44,552 bases of DNA from an uncultured Acidimicrobiaceae bacterium (GCA_964428815.1 CAYSAC010000003.1:1-44552), one strand, 5' to 3'. Counted from the stretch's first letter, positions 25,579 to 36,055 are shown. Translations and numbers: made by a program. The notes: generated by a model not told the origin, from the letters alone.

Positions 25579-25623
25579 CTGGCGTGCGTTAGCGCGCCTC
25601 TGGAGCGCGCCAACGCACGCCAG
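25579..25623 (+). terminator. Long GC-rich hairpin (19-bp stem with 18 pairs, 7-nt loop); could be a terminator or an operator palindrome
   Basis: CTGGCGTGCGTTAGCGCGC-ctctgga-GCGCGCCAACGCACGCCAG, checked base by base. It starts 10 nt after the NUDIX stop and ends 36 nt before the next start. There is no U-tract. Confidence 0.4.
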
Positions 25624-25658
25624 AAGCGCCGGACAGCCGGCCGGACTAGACCATCGCG

Positions 25659-26057
25659 GTGACCAGCACCGAGATCGTCCAGCGGTTCTTCGACGACTTC
25701 GCCCGCCTCGACGTCGACGCCATCCTCGACCACTTCACCGACGACGGCGTCTACCACGACATGCCCGTGCCGGGTGATCCGGCCGTCGGCAAGGACGCCA
25801 TCCGCGCCAAGATCGAGTACCTCGCACCGGTGGACCACATGACCTTCGACATCGCCCGCATGGTCGAAGACGCCGACACCGTCCTCGCCGAGCGGGTCGA
25901 GACGTGGCACTTTGGCACCGGCGAGACGGTCACGCTGCCGGTCATGTGCACGATCGAGCTGCGCGACGGCAAGATCGCCGCCTGGCGTGAGTACTGGGAC
26001 TTCCAGACGCTCATGTCGGCGCTGCCCCAGTCCTTCCTCGACTCGCTGCCGCTCTGA
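25659..26057 (+). CDS. SnoaL-like / limonene-1,2-epoxide hydrolase family (NTF2 fold) protein
   Basis: About 130 aa. Pattern IVQRFFDDFARLDVDAILDHFTDDGVYHDMP ... AWREYWD is typical of LEH/SnoaL-like proteins. GTG start at 25659. Confidence 0.6.
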   Translation: MTSTEIVQRFFDDFARLDVDAILDHFTDDGVYHDMPVPGDPAVGKDAIRAKIEYLAPVDHMTFDIARMVEDADTVLAERVETWHFGTGETVTLPVMCTIELRDGKIAAWREYWDFQTLMSALPQSFLDSLPL

Positions 26058-27769
26058 TGCACGACCTCGTCGTCCGGGGCGGGACGATCGTCGACGGCAC
26101 CGGCGCGGCGCCGTTCACCGGTGACGTCGCGATCGACGGTGGGCGCATCAGCGAGGTCGGTCAGGTCGCCGGCCAGGCCCATCGCGAGATCGATGCCGAC
26201 GGCCTCCTGGTCACGCCCGGTTTCGTCGACATCCACACGCACTACGACGGCCAGATCACATGGGACCCGCTGCTGACGCCGTCGTGCTGGCAAGGCGTCA
26301 CCACCGTCGTGATGGGCAACTGCGGCGTGGGCTTCGCGCCCGTCCATCCCGACCGGCGGGAATGGTTGATCGGTTTGATGGAGGGGGTCGAGGACATCCC
26401 CGGAGCCGCGCTCTCCGCCGGCATCCAGTGGTCCTGGGAGTCCTTCCCCGAGTACCTCGACGCCGTCGACGCGCTGCCGAAGGCGCTCGATGTCGGCGCG
26501 CAGGTGCCTCACGGCGCGGTGCGCGCGTACGTCATGGGCGAGCGCGGCGCGCGCAACGAGCCGGCGACACCCGAGGACATCGACGCGATGGCAGCACTCG
26601 TCGCGCAGGGGATCGAGGCCGGCGCGCTCGGCTTCTCGACCTCGCGGACGCTCGCGCACCGCGCCATCGACGGCGAGCCCGTTCCTGGGACCTTCGCCGC
26701 GACAGACGAGCTGTTCGGCATCGGCGCCGTCCTCGGCCGGCTCGGCTCAGGCATCTTCGAGCTCGCCCCTGCCGGCGCGCTGGGCGAGGACCTGGCGGCG
26801 CCGGAGCGGGAGATGACGTGGATGCGCGAGCTCGCTTCGCGCATCCGCCGGCCAGTGACGTTCGCGCTCACGCAGAACAACGAGGACCCGACGGCGTGGC
26901 GACTGATGCTCGACCTCGCGGGTGCCGCAGCGGCCGCCGGCGCCGACGTGCGGCCTCAGGTCCACGCTCGCACCGTCTCGCTGCTGCTCGGGCTGCAGAC
27001 CTTTCACCCGTTCAACTTCACGGCTGCGTGGGCGGAGATCGGCCTGCTGCCGCTGGCTGACCAGGTGCGGACCCTCCGCGACCCGGCCTACCGGGCGCGC
27101 ATCGTCGCTGAGCTGGCCGCGCTCGACGACCCCGTCGTCCGCGGCTTCATGGGCCCGGACCGCGTCTACCTGCTCGGCGACCCGCCGAGCTACGAACCGG
27201 CCGCGAGCGACAGCGTCGCCGCGATCGCTCGGGCGAGCGGCTGCTCGGCGGAGGACGCCATGCTCGACCTGCTGCTCGAGGACGACGGCCGCCAGCTGCT
27301 CAACGCGCCGGTGCTCAACTACAGCGACGGCAACCTTGACGCCGTACACGAGATGCTCGTCCACCCAACGAGCGCGTTCGGCCTCGGCGACGGCGGCGCC
27401 CACGCGGGCCAGACCTGCGATGCCAGCGCGACGACGTTCCTTCTGACCCACTGGGCCCGCGATCGCGACGGCGAACGGCTGTCGCTCGAGCTCGCGGTTC
27501 ACAAGGCGACGCAGGCGACCGCCCGGCTCTACGGGCTCGGTGATCGCGGTGCGCTCCTGCCGGGCCTGAAGGCCGACCTCAACCTCATCGACCACGAGCG
27601 GCTCCAGCTCCGGCGGCCGGAGAAGGTGCAGGACCTCCCCGGTGGCGCGGGGCGGCTGATCCAGCGAGCCGATGGCTACGTCGCCACGATCAACGCCGGC
27701 GCGGTCGTGCAACAGGAGGGTGAGGACACGGGCGCGCGTCCTGGCGTGCTGCTCCGCGGGATGCGGTGA
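26057..27769 (+). CDS. N-acyl-D-amino-acid deacylase (D-aminoacylase) family amidohydrolase
   Basis: [29 protein letters not shown] ... [16 protein letters not shown]. About 570 aa. The ATG overlaps the upstream TGA. Confidence 0.8.
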   Translation: MHDLVVRGGTIVDGTGAAPFTGDVAIDGGRISEVGQVAGQAHREIDADGLLVTPGFVDIHTHYDGQITWDPLLTPSCWQGVTTVVMGNCGVGFAPVHPDRREWLIGLMEGVEDIPGAALSAGIQWSWESFPEYLDAVDALPKALDVGAQVPHGAVRAYVMGERGARNEPATPEDIDAMAALVAQGIEAGALGFSTSRTLAHRAIDGEPVPGTFAATDELFGIGAVLGRLGSGIFELAPAGALGEDLAAPEREMTWMRELASRIRRPVTFALTQNNEDPTAWRLMLDLAGAAAAAGADVRPQVHARTVSLLLGLQTFHPFNFTAAWAEIGLLPLADQVRTLRDPAYRARIVAELAALDDPVVRGFMGPDRVYLLGDPPSYEPAASDSVAAIARASGCSAEDAMLDLLLEDDGRQLLNAPVLNYSDGNLDAVHEMLVHPTSAFGLGDGGAHAGQTCDASATTFLLTHWARDRDGERLSLELAVHKATQATARLYGLGDRGALLPGLKADLNLIDHERLQLRRPEKVQDLPGGAGRLIQRADGYVATINAGAVVQQEGEDTGARPGVLLRGMR

Positions 27770-27797
27770 TCGCGAGCGGAGACGCCAGACTGGCCGG

Positions 27798-29381
27798 GTG
27801 ACCAGCCCGACCCAGGAGGCCTCGAGACGGCGGACGTTCGCCATCATCAGCCACCCCGACGCGGGCAAGACGACCCTGACAGAGAAGTTCTTGCTCTACG
27901 GCGGCGCGCTCAACACGGCCGGCGCCGTGAAGGCGCGGGGCGAGCGGCGGTCGGCCACGTCGGACTGGATGGAGCTCGAGCAGAAGCGCGGCATCTCGAT
28001 CACCTCGACGGTGCTGCGGCTGCCCTACCGCGACTGCGCGCTCAACCTGCTCGACACCCCCGGGCACCGTGACTTCTCTGAGGACACCTACCGGGTGCTC
28101 GCGGCCGCGGACGCCGCGATCATGGTCCTCGACGCGGCGAAGGGCATCGAACCGCAGACCCTCAAGCTGTTCGAGGTTTCACGCCAGCGCGGCCTGCCGC
28201 TGCTCTCGTTCATCAACAAGTGGGACCGGCCGGGGCGCGGGCCGCTCGAGCTGATCGACCAGATCGAGGCCCAGATCGGTCTGCGCCCGACGCCGGTCAC
28301 GTGGCCGGTCGGCATCGCCGGCGACTTCCGTGGCGTGGTCGACCGGCGCACCGGCGACTTCATCCGCTTTACCCGCACCGCGCGTGGCGCGACGGCGGCG
28401 CCGGAGGAGGTCGTGCCTGCCGACCGGGCCGCGGCCGAGGAAGGCGACGCGTGGCGGGCGGCGCAGGACGAGCTCGGCCTGCTCAAGGCGGTCGGCGCCG
28501 ACCTCGAGCCCAAGCTCTTCCTCGACGGCGAGTCGACGCCGGTGTTCTTCGGTTCAGCGCTGACCAACTTCGGCGTGCGCCTGCTGCTCGACGCCGTCGT
28601 CGAGCTGGCTCCGCCGCCCACGCCGCGGCTCGACGTCAACGACAAGCCCCGCTCGCTCGACGCACCGTTCTCCGGGTTCGTGTTCAAGGTGCAGGCCAAC
28701 ATGGACCCGAGCCACCGCGACCGCATCGCCTTCTTCCGTGTCTGCTCCGGCCGGTTCGAGCGCGGCATGGTCGTGACGCACGGTCCGACCGGCAAGCCGT
28801 TCGCCACCAAGTACGCGCACTCCGTCTTCGGGCAGGAGCGCGACACGATCGAAGAGGCCTTTCCCGGCGACGTCGTCGGCCTCGTCAACGCCACCGACGT
28901 GCGCGTCGGCGACGCGCTGTACGTGGACGAACCCGTGGAGTTCCCCCGCCTCCCGAGCTTCGCCCCCGAGCACTTCAGCGTCATCCGCGTCCGCGACACG
29001 GGGAAGTTCAAGCAGTTCCGCAGGGGCATCGCCCAGCTCGACGAGGAGGGCGTGGTCCAGGTGCTGCGCGATCGCGACATCGGCGATCAGGCGCCGGTCC
29101 TCGCCGCGGTCGGACCGATGCAGTTCGAGGTTGCGATCCACCGGCTGGAGAACGAGTTCGGCGCACCCGTCGAGCTCAGCGCGACCGCCTACCGGGTGGC
29201 GCGCCGCACCGACGTGTCGTCGGCGCCGGCGCTCAAGGCGATGCGGGGCGTCGATGTCCTCGAGCGGGCCGACGGCAGCCTCTACGCGCTGTTCGAGAGC
29301 ACCTACTGGCTCGAGCGCATCGAGCGGGAGCAACCCGAGCTCGTCCTCGAGCGCCTCATCGCCGAGGGCGCCGTCGGCTAA
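27798..29381 (+). CDS. prfC: Peptide chain release factor 3 (translational GTPase)
   Basis: GTG at 27798. RRTFAIISHPDAGKTTLTEKFLLYGGAL (G1), LLDTPGHRDF (G3), INKWDR (G4). About 527 aa, typical for RF3. Confidence 0.95.
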   Translation: MTSPTQEASRRRTFAIISHPDAGKTTLTEKFLLYGGALNTAGAVKARGERRSATSDWMELEQKRGISITSTVLRLPYRDCALNLLDTPGHRDFSEDTYRVLAAADAAIMVLDAAKGIEPQTLKLFEVSRQRGLPLLSFINKWDRPGRGPLELIDQIEAQIGLRPTPVTWPVGIAGDFRGVVDRRTGDFIRFTRTARGATAAPEEVVPADRAAAEEGDAWRAAQDELGLLKAVGADLEPKLFLDGESTPVFFGSALTNFGVRLLLDAVVELAPPPTPRLDVNDKPRSLDAPFSGFVFKVQANMDPSHRDRIAFFRVCSGRFERGMVVTHGPTGKPFATKYAHSVFGQERDTIEEAFPGDVVGLVNATDVRVGDALYVDEPVEFPRLPSFAPEHFSVIRVRDTGKFKQFRRGIAQLDEEGVVQVLRDRDIGDQAPVLAAVGPMQFEVAIHRLENEFGAPVELSATAYRVARRTDVSSAPALKAMRGVDVLERADGSLYALFESTYWLERIEREQPELVLERLIAEGAVG

Positions 29382-29386
29382 CCCCG

Positions 29387-29435
29387 GTTCTTGCGGCACT
29401 TGTCGACGAAGACCCCGCGCATCTGCCGCAAGAAC
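29387..29435. terminator. Inverted repeat between convergent genes (12-bp perfect stem, 25-nt loop)
   Basis: GTTCTTGCGGCA ... TGCCGCAAGAAC, between the prfC stop (29381) and the peptidase stop (29451). The large loop makes it a weak terminator candidate. Confidence 0.25.
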
Positions 29436-29450
29436 GCGTGGTGGCGATGC

Positions 29451-30929
29451 TCAGGGGCAGCGGACGCCGTCCTCCGGCACCGTCTGGTCGATGAGGTAGG
29501 CGACGACGATGTCGTCGATGCACGGCTTGCCATCGCTCACGACCGTGTGGCTGGATCCCTCGTTGGTGACGAGGATGCCGTTGGCCAACGTCTCGGCGAC
29601 CTCGACACCGGCCGCGTAGGGCGTGGCCGGGTCGCCCGTCGTCGATACCACGAGGATGGGCGGAGCGTCGGGGGCGACGACCGGCTCGAGCGGCTGTGGT
29701 GGTGTCGGCCAGACCGCGCAGCGGATGTAGTCGTTCACGAGCGCCTCGCCGAGGTGCGGGCTCTTCCGCGCGGTCGCCTTGGCCGCCGCCATGATCGCGT
29801 CTGGCTCGGTGGGCCAGCTCTGATCGAGGCAGTTGACCGCGAAGTAGATCTCGGAGCTGCTCGCCTCCAGGTAGAAGTCGGCGAGCCGGACGATCTGCGA
29901 GCCGTCACCGTCGAGGGCCACGGCGAGCGCATCCTGGAGGATTGGCCAGCTCTCCTTCGAGTAGAGCGCCACGCCGATGCCGAGGTTGGCCTCACCGGGG
30001 CCCATCGGGCGGTCGGCGTCGGGCGCCTCGAGCCCGTCACCCTGCTCGGCCAGCTGGAGCACGCGATCGACGGCGGCCTCCGCGTCAGGGCCGATGCTGC
30101 AACCCGCGTCGGCGTTGCAGTCGGCGATGAACGCGGCGAGCGCCTGCTCGAAGCCGGCGGCCTGCTCGTCGGCCAGCTCGAGGCCGCTGGCACCGAGCTC
30201 GACCACACCGTCGATCACCATCGAGCGGATGTTGCCGGGGAAGAGGTCGGCGTACACCTGGCCGATCGACGTGCCGTAGGAGAAGCCGAGGTAGCTCAGG
30301 TGCTCGTCGCCCATCGCGGCCCGGACGGTATCCATGTCCCGTGCCACCTCGCGGGTTCCGAGGTGGGGGAGCACGTCGCCAAACTTCTCCTCGCAGTCGG
30401 CGACGTAGCGGTTGGTGGTGTCGAGCAGCGCCGCGGCATCCTCTGGCGCGTCGATGCTGGCGTCGACGCTGTAGAGCTCGTCGACCGGGATGCCGCAGCT
30501 GACCGGCGCGCTCTCGCCGACGCCTCGGGGGTCGATGCCGACGAAGTCGAACCGCTCCGTGATGGCGTCGGGCAACTGGTTGGCGAGGGTCTCGGCGAAG
30601 TCGGTCGCCGTCGCGCCGGGGCCGCCAGGGTTGACGAACAGCGGGCCGATGCGGTCGCCCGACGCCGGCACGCGGTGCACGCCGAGCTCGATGTGCTCGC
30701 CGTCCGGCTCGTCGTAGTCGAGGGGGACCTCGACTGTCGCGCACTCGGCGCCACCGCAGTCCGACCAGTCGATGGGCTCGGGCGTGAACCCCTCCGGGCC
30801 CTCGAGCGGCTCGTGGCCCGCTGTCGTAGTCGTCGCGTCGTCGTTCGCGACCGTCCCGTTGTCGTCGTTGGAGCAGGCCGCGCCGAGCAGCGCGAGGGCA
30901 ACGAGCGCGGTGATCAGCGAGCGACGCAT
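29451..30929 (-). CDS. Secreted alpha/beta hydrolase, tripeptidyl-aminopeptidase (TAP)-like
   Basis: Signal peptide ending LLGAAC. Nucleophile elbow GFSYGT. C-terminal TAP-like block PILVVSTTGDPATPY. Confidence 0.8.
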   Translation of the reverse strand: MRRSLITALVALALLGAACSNDDNGTVANDDATTTTAGHEPLEGPEGFTPEPIDWSDCGGAECATVEVPLDYDEPDGEHIELGVHRVPASGDRIGPLFVNPGGPGATATDFAETLANQLPDAITERFDFVGIDPRGVGESAPVSCGIPVDELYSVDASIDAPEDAAALLDTTNRYVADCEEKFGDVLPHLGTREVARDMDTVRAAMGDEHLSYLGFSYGTSIGQVYADLFPGNIRSMVIDGVVELGASGLELADEQAAGFEQALAAFIADCNADAGCSIGPDAEAAVDRVLQLAEQGDGLEAPDADRPMGPGEANLGIGVALYSKESWPILQDALAVALDGDGSQIVRLADFYLEASSSEIYFAVNCLDQSWPTEPDAIMAAAKATARKSPHLGEALVNDYIRCAVWPTPPQPLEPVVAPDAPPILVVSTTGDPATPYAAGVEVAETLANGILVTNEGSSHTVVSDGKPCIDDIVVAYLIDQTVPEDGVRCP

Positions 30930-30948
30930 CGCAGCAACGTACCGGTGT

Positions 30949-31395
30949 TCACCCCCGAGGCGGGCTCACCTTGTAGACCAGCGTGCCGGACGCCGCCGGC
31001 TTGCCGCTTGCGGTCGTGACCTCCGCGCGGCAGAACACGATCGACCGGCCCCGCTGCTCGACCCAGCCCTCGGCGATGGCGTCCTCACCGACGACGGCAC
31101 CGAGGTAGCGGATGTCCATCGTGATGGTCATGTAGATCCAGCCGAGGTCGTACGCGGCGCCGACGGCGGGTACGACGACGGTGTCGATCAGCGTGGCGAT
31201 GGCGCCGCCGTGGACCATGCCGGCCGGCTGCTCGAGCTCTGGTCGGAAGGGCAGCCGCATGCGGCAGTAGTCGGTCTTGATCTCCTCCACGACCAGGCCG
31301 ACGACGTTCGGGAAGTACGTCCGGTCCCAGTGGGGGAACTTCGCCCATCGGGCGGCGACGTCATCGGGCAACGGGGGGTGGCCATCGGCGTGCAC
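30949..31395 (-). CDS. PaaI/4HBT-family hotdog thioesterase
   Basis: About 148 aa. GMVHGGAIATLIDT motif with typical hotdog spacing. Confidence 0.8.
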   Translation of the reverse strand: MHADGHPPLPDDVAARWAKFPHWDRTYFPNVVGLVVEEIKTDYCRMRLPFRPELEQPAGMVHGGAIATLIDTVVVPAVGAAYDLGWIYMTITMDIRYLGAVVGEDAIAEGWVEQRGRSIVFCRAEVTTASGKPAASGTLVYKVSPPRG

Positions 31396-31430
31396 CGGGA
31401 GACGCTATCCGCCGCTCCTACACTCCCGAG

Positions 31431-32969
31431 GTGGGCGCGGGGGAGGTGCGGCGACGGCGGACCCTCATCGGCCTGGTGGTCTTCTCCGGCGTCGGTGTCA
31501 TCGCGTCATGGTTGGTCGCCGACAGCGATCTCGACGGCCGGCCGGTCACCGGCACCGGCGCCGAGCAAGCCGGCGCCAGCGATGCCCCCGCCGCCGAGGA
31601 CGAGGTGCCGCCGTACGACGGTCTGGTCGACCCCGCGTCGTCCGGCCAGCCGTTCTACGGGTCGACCGTGGACGGGCTGCTCACCTTCCGTGGCAACCCG
31701 ACGCGCTCGTACTACGGGAAGGGACCGGTGCCGCGCGAGCCGCAGGTCCTCGTGCGCTTCCCCGACGAGGCCATGTGCTCGCACTCAGCGGTCGGCAACG
31801 AGGACAGGGTGTGGTGCGGCTCGGGCTGGACCGGGCAGCCGGCGGTGTTCGAGCGTGACGGTCGGCGCTGGGCCGTGTTCGGCGCCTACGACCGCAACAT
31901 CCACTTCCTCGACGCCGTCTCGGGCGATCGCATCCTCCCGGACTTCCCCACCGGCGACATCATCAAGGGCTCGGTGTCGATCGACCCCGACGGCTATCCG
32001 CTCGTCTACTCGGGGTCGCGCGACAACTACGTCCACGTGGTCGCCTTCGACCGGCTGGTCCCGACCGAGCTGTGGTCGCTGTCGGCCGACGCGGTCTCGC
32101 CGACGCTGTGGAACAACGACTGGGACGGCTCGCCCCTCATCCTCGGCGACTACATGGTGCAGGGCGGCGAGAACTCCCAGCTCCACATCGTGAAGCTCAA
32201 CCGCGGCTACGGCTCAGACGGCAAGGTGACGGTCGACCCGGAGCTCGTGTTCAACGCGCCCGGGTGGGACGACGAGCTGCTGCAAGCCATCGGTGACCAC
32301 CAGGTCTCGATCGAGAACTCAGTCGCAGCGGTTGGCAACACGATCTACTTCTCCAACGGCGGCGGGCTGGTGCAGGGATGGGACCTCACCGGGATCGAGG
32401 ACGGCAAGGAGCCGGTGCGCACGTTCCGCTTCTGGAGCGGCGACGACACGGACGCGTCGATCGCGATCGACGATGCCGGCATGCTCTACGTCGCGTCCGA
32501 GTACGAGCGCGGCACCGCCCGGTCGAGGGAGGTCGGCCAGCTGCAGAAGCTCGACCCCTCGAAGCCGAAGGCGCCGCTTGTCTGGTCGATCAAGGACCTC
32601 GACACGAACCCCGCCGGCATGTGGGCGACCCCCGCGCTGCACCGCGACGTCGTCTACGTCGCGACCAACGGCGGGCGCTTGCTCGCCGCTGACCGCGCCA
32701 CGGGCGCGATCCGGTGGGAGAAGCATCTGCCCGGCCCCACGTGGCAGTCACCGGTCGTCGTCGACGACGTCCTCGTCCAAGGCGACTGCGAGGGGACGCT
32801 GCACGCATACGACGTGCGGGACACGACGACCGAGCCGCCCGAGCTCTGGTCGATCGAGCTCGGCGGCTGCATCGAGTCGACGCCCGCGGTCTTCAAGGGC
32901 CGCATCTACGTCGGGACGCGGAGCGGGTTCTTCTTCGTCCTCGGCGACCGGCCGACGAAGAAGAGCTAG
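31431..32969 (+). CDS. PQQ-like (BamB-type) beta-propeller repeat protein with an N-terminal membrane anchor
   Basis: N-terminal TM helix. Repeated blade motifs: VYVATNGGRLLAADRATGAIRWE, GTLHAYDV and IYVGTRSGFFFVLG. Confidence 0.7.
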   Translation: MGAGEVRRRRTLIGLVVFSGVGVIASWLVADSDLDGRPVTGTGAEQAGASDAPAAEDEVPPYDGLVDPASSGQPFYGSTVDGLLTFRGNPTRSYYGKGPVPREPQVLVRFPDEAMCSHSAVGNEDRVWCGSGWTGQPAVFERDGRRWAVFGAYDRNIHFLDAVSGDRILPDFPTGDIIKGSVSIDPDGYPLVYSGSRDNYVHVVAFDRLVPTELWSLSADAVSPTLWNNDWDGSPLILGDYMVQGGENSQLHIVKLNRGYGSDGKVTVDPELVFNAPGWDDELLQAIGDHQVSIENSVAAVGNTIYFSNGGGLVQGWDLTGIEDGKEPVRTFRFWSGDDTDASIAIDDAGMLYVASEYERGTARSREVGQLQKLDPSKPKAPLVWSIKDLDTNPAGMWATPALHRDVVYVATNGGRLLAADRATGAIRWEKHLPGPTWQSPVVVDDVLVQGDCEGTLHAYDVRDTTTEPPELWSIELGGCIESTPAVFKGRIYVGTRSGFFFVLGDRPTKKS

Positions 32970-34432
32970 GTCGTGCTCTTCTTGGTCGCGCGCTTGCGCG
33001 GTGTGGGGGTGGTCGCCGGCGTGTCGACCTTGTCGGCCAGGCGGAGCAGGGCCTCGACCTCGCGCTCGAAGCCGTCGGCCAGGTCCTGCACGTCGGGCGC
33101 CAGCTCCGGGCACGCCATGACGCCGACGTCGAGGTTGCCCATGTTGGACAGGACGGTGACGTTGAGCCCGGACCCCTCGATGAGCGGACCCATCGGGTAG
33201 GTCGCCAGCACCCTGCCGCCCGCGCAGTACAGCGGGATGGGCGGACCGGGCACGTTGGACACGACGAGGTTCTGCACCGGCCGGTGGCGGTCGGCCAGCT
33301 TCGATGAGGAGTAGAGGCGCGCCGCGAGGTTGGCGAGCGCAGGTGGCGCCGACTCGGCGAGCTGCATGATCGTCTCCGCGCCGAGCGCGCCGTGGAGCTC
33401 CTTCGCGCCCTTCGTGCTCTCCTTGATGAGCTCGTAGCGCTCGAGGGAGTCGTCGACCTGAACCGGCAGCGCCACGAACATCGACGACACGAGGTTGGTC
33501 TCGACCGGCCCGTCCCCACCGCCGCCGATCGAAACCGGGCAGGAGACGACGAGCGGCTGGTCGGGCAGGCCGTCGTGGTCGACGAGCCAGTCGCGCAGCC
33601 CGCCGCACGTGGCCGCGAGGACGACGTCGTTGATCGTGCCGCCCAGAGCGTTCTTGATGCGCTTCATGTCGTCGAGGGCGACGCCCCCGTAGGCGACCGC
33701 GCGGTGCGCCGTGAGCGCGCCGTTGAACGGCGTGTGCGGCGCGGTGAACGGCAGCGCAGCCGACGGCTTGGAGTCGTCACGGTTGGCGAGCAACGTCGAA
33801 GCCATGCCACGGGTTGCGCCGACGAGACTCGAGGCCATCCGCCACATCTCGGCCGGACGCTGCGCGACCGAGGCGAGCGCGTGGGTGACGAGGTCGAAGT
33901 CGCTCGGCTGCTCCTCGCCCTGCCACGGCACCTCGGGCGGGTCGTAGGTGGCGACCTCGGGCGTGAGGTCGAAGAGGTGGACCATCAGGTCGGCGCCGGA
34001 CACGCCGTCGATGGCGGCGTGGTGCATCTTCGAGACGAGCGCGATGTTGCCATCCTCGAGGCCCTCGACGTACCACATCTCCCACAGCGGCTTGCGCCGG
34101 TCGAGCGGGCGGCTGGCGATGTCACCGACCAGCTCGGCCAGCTCCACCATCGAGCCCGGGTTCGGCACCGCGACCCTTCGGATGTGCTGGTCGATGTCGA
34201 AGGCCTCGTCCTCGATCCAGAGCGGGCGGGCGATCTTGAAAGGGACCTCGACCAGCCGGCGCCGGAACGGCGGCAGGAGGTGGATCCGCTCCATGAGCAG
34301 CTGCTTCAGCCTCTCCACGCTGAAGTCGTCGACGCCGCTCGGGTCGACGATGATGGTGCCGACCACGTGGAAGTGCGACGTAGGCGTCTCCATGTAGAGG
34401 AACGAGGCGTCCATGCCCTTGAGTCGCTGCAT
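32966..34432 (-). CDS. Wax ester synthase/diacylglycerol acyltransferase (WS/DGAT)
   Basis: Active-site HHAAIDGVSG (HHxxxDG), N-terminal DASFLYMETP, C-terminal NVPGPPIPLYCAGG. An AGGAAG SD lies 9 nt upstream of the ATG and directly after the fadD-like stop. Confidence 0.9.
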   Translation of the reverse strand: MQRLKGMDASFLYMETPTSHFHVVGTIIVDPSGVDDFSVERLKQLLMERIHLLPPFRRRLVEVPFKIARPLWIEDEAFDIDQHIRRVAVPNPGSMVELAELVGDIASRPLDRRKPLWEMWYVEGLEDGNIALVSKMHHAAIDGVSGADLMVHLFDLTPEVATYDPPEVPWQGEEQPSDFDLVTHALASVAQRPAEMWRMASSLVGATRGMASTLLANRDDSKPSAALPFTAPHTPFNGALTAHRAVAYGGVALDDMKRIKNALGGTINDVVLAATCGGLRDWLVDHDGLPDQPLVVSCPVSIGGGGDGPVETNLVSSMFVALPVQVDDSLERYELIKESTKGAKELHGALGAETIMQLAESAPPALANLAARLYSSSKLADRHRPVQNLVVSNVPGPPIPLYCAGGRVLATYPMGPLIEGSGLNVTVLSNMGNLDVGVMACPELAPDVQDLADGFEREVEALLRLADKVDTPATTPTPRKRATKKSTT

Positions 34433-34447
34433 CCGTGTGCTTCCTAT

Positions 34448-36055
34448 CTATTGGTTCTCGACGGCGTAGGCCTTCGCCCAGCCGTAGTCGGCCTTGCCGG
34501 CCGGTGATCGGACGATCTGATCGACGCAGACGATGCCGCGCGGCACCTTGTACCCGGCGACCTGGTTGCGACAGGTGTCCTGCAGGTCAGTGAGGTCGAC
34601 GGTCGTACCGGCTCTGGGCTGGACCACGGCGGTCACCCGCTCGCCCCACCTCTCGTCCGGCACGCCGACCACAACGCAGTCGAACACGTTTGGATTCGCC
34701 TTGCAGGCGGCCTCGACCTCCTCTGGGAAGATCTTCTCCCCGCCGGAGTTGATGCTGCCCGAGCCCCGCCCGAGCAGGGCGACGGTGCCGTCCTCCTCGA
34801 CCGTGGCCATGTCACCTGGCAGCACCCACCGCACGCCCTGGTACTCGATGAAGGTGCGGGCCGTCTTCTCGTCGTCGCCGTAGTAGCCGAGGGGGATGTG
34901 GCCGCGGCGGGCGAGCCTGCCGACGGTGCCGCTGCCGGGGTCGACCGGCTGCCCATCGTCATCGAGCACCGCCGTCTGGTCGTTGACCGAGAACCGGGGG
35001 CCGCCGGCGCCGGAAGCGGCGTTGCCGAGCGTGCCGGTCTCCGAGGAGCCGAAGCCGTCCACGACCATCGTGTTCGGCAGCAGCTCGGCCAGTTGCGCCT
35101 TGGTCGACGCGGACAGGATGGCGCCGCCCGAGCCGATGGCGAGCACCGTGCTCGGGTCGTACTGGTCGCGGTTAGCAGCCAGCTCGTCGGCGAGAGGACG
35201 GGCCATCGCGTCGCCGACGATGACCACCATGTTCACTGCCTCGGTGCTGACCAGCTTCCAGATCGTCGCGGGATCGAAGCGACCGCCGGGCGGGATGACG
35301 ATCTTGCCGCCGGTGAACATCGTGTGGAATGCGAGCCAGTGGGCGCTCGCGTGCATGAACGGCGGCGTAGGCAGCGCGCTCATGCCACCGGACGCGCTCA
35401 CCCGCTCGGCCAGCTGCTCGGGGGTCTTGACCCAGTCACCCATCTGGAACGGGTCGCCGCCGCCCATCGCCGCGAAGAAGATGTCCTCGTGGCGCCACAG
35501 CACGCCCTTTGGCATGCCGGTGGTTCCGCCCGTGTAGACGATGTAGAGGTCATCGCCGGACCGCTCGGGGAAGCTGCCGCGATCCACCGGCTGTGCGGCC
35601 AGAGCGTCCTCGTAGGCGACCTCGCCGGGCACGGCAGCGGCCTCGCCGCTGTCATCGTCCACCACGAGGAGCGTCGTCAGCTTTGGCACATCGGGGAGGA
35701 CCGCGGCGACCTTGCCGGCGAACGCGCGGTGGTAGACGAGCGCGACGAGGTCGGCGTCGTCGAACAGGTAGCGCAGCTCGCCCTCGACGTAGCGGAAGTT
35801 CACGTTGACCGGGACTGCCCGCAGCTTGAAGCAGGCGAGCATGCCCTCCAGGTACTCCGTTCCGTTGGTGAGCTGCAGACCGACGTGGTCGCGCTCGCTC
35901 ACTCCCTGCGCGGCGAGGTGGTGGGCGAGCTGGTTGGCCCTGGCGTCGAGCGCGTCGTAGGTCAGCCGGCGCTCGGAGGTCACCAGCACGTCTCGATCCC
36001 CGATGGCGTCGACCACGATCTCGAACAGGTCGGCGAGGTTGAAGGAGCGGCCCAC
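34448..36055 (-). CDS. Long-chain acyl-CoA synthetase (AMP-binding, FadD-like)
   Basis: AMP-binding motif YTGGTTGMPKGV, plus GSSETG and the C-terminal GKADY lysine motif. Confidence 0.9.
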   Translation of the reverse strand: MGRSFNLADLFEIVVDAIGDRDVLVTSERRLTYDALDARANQLAHHLAAQGVSERDHVGLQLTNGTEYLEGMLACFKLRAVPVNVNFRYVEGELRYLFDDADLVALVYHRAFAGKVAAVLPDVPKLTTLLVVDDDSGEAAAVPGEVAYEDALAAQPVDRGSFPERSGDDLYIVYTGGTTGMPKGVLWRHEDIFFAAMGGGDPFQMGDWVKTPEQLAERVSASGGMSALPTPPFMHASAHWLAFHTMFTGGKIVIPPGGRFDPATIWKLVSTEAVNMVVIVGDAMARPLADELAANRDQYDPSTVLAIGSGGAILSASTKAQLAELLPNTMVVDGFGSSETGTLGNAASGAGGPRFSVNDQTAVLDDDGQPVDPGSGTVGRLARRGHIPLGYYGDDEKTARTFIEYQGVRWVLPGDMATVEEDGTVALLGRGSGSINSGGEKIFPEEVEAACKANPNVFDCVVVGVPDERWGERVTAVVQPRAGTTVDLTDLQDTCRNQVAGYKVPRGIVCVDQIVRSPAGKADYGWAKAYAVENQ

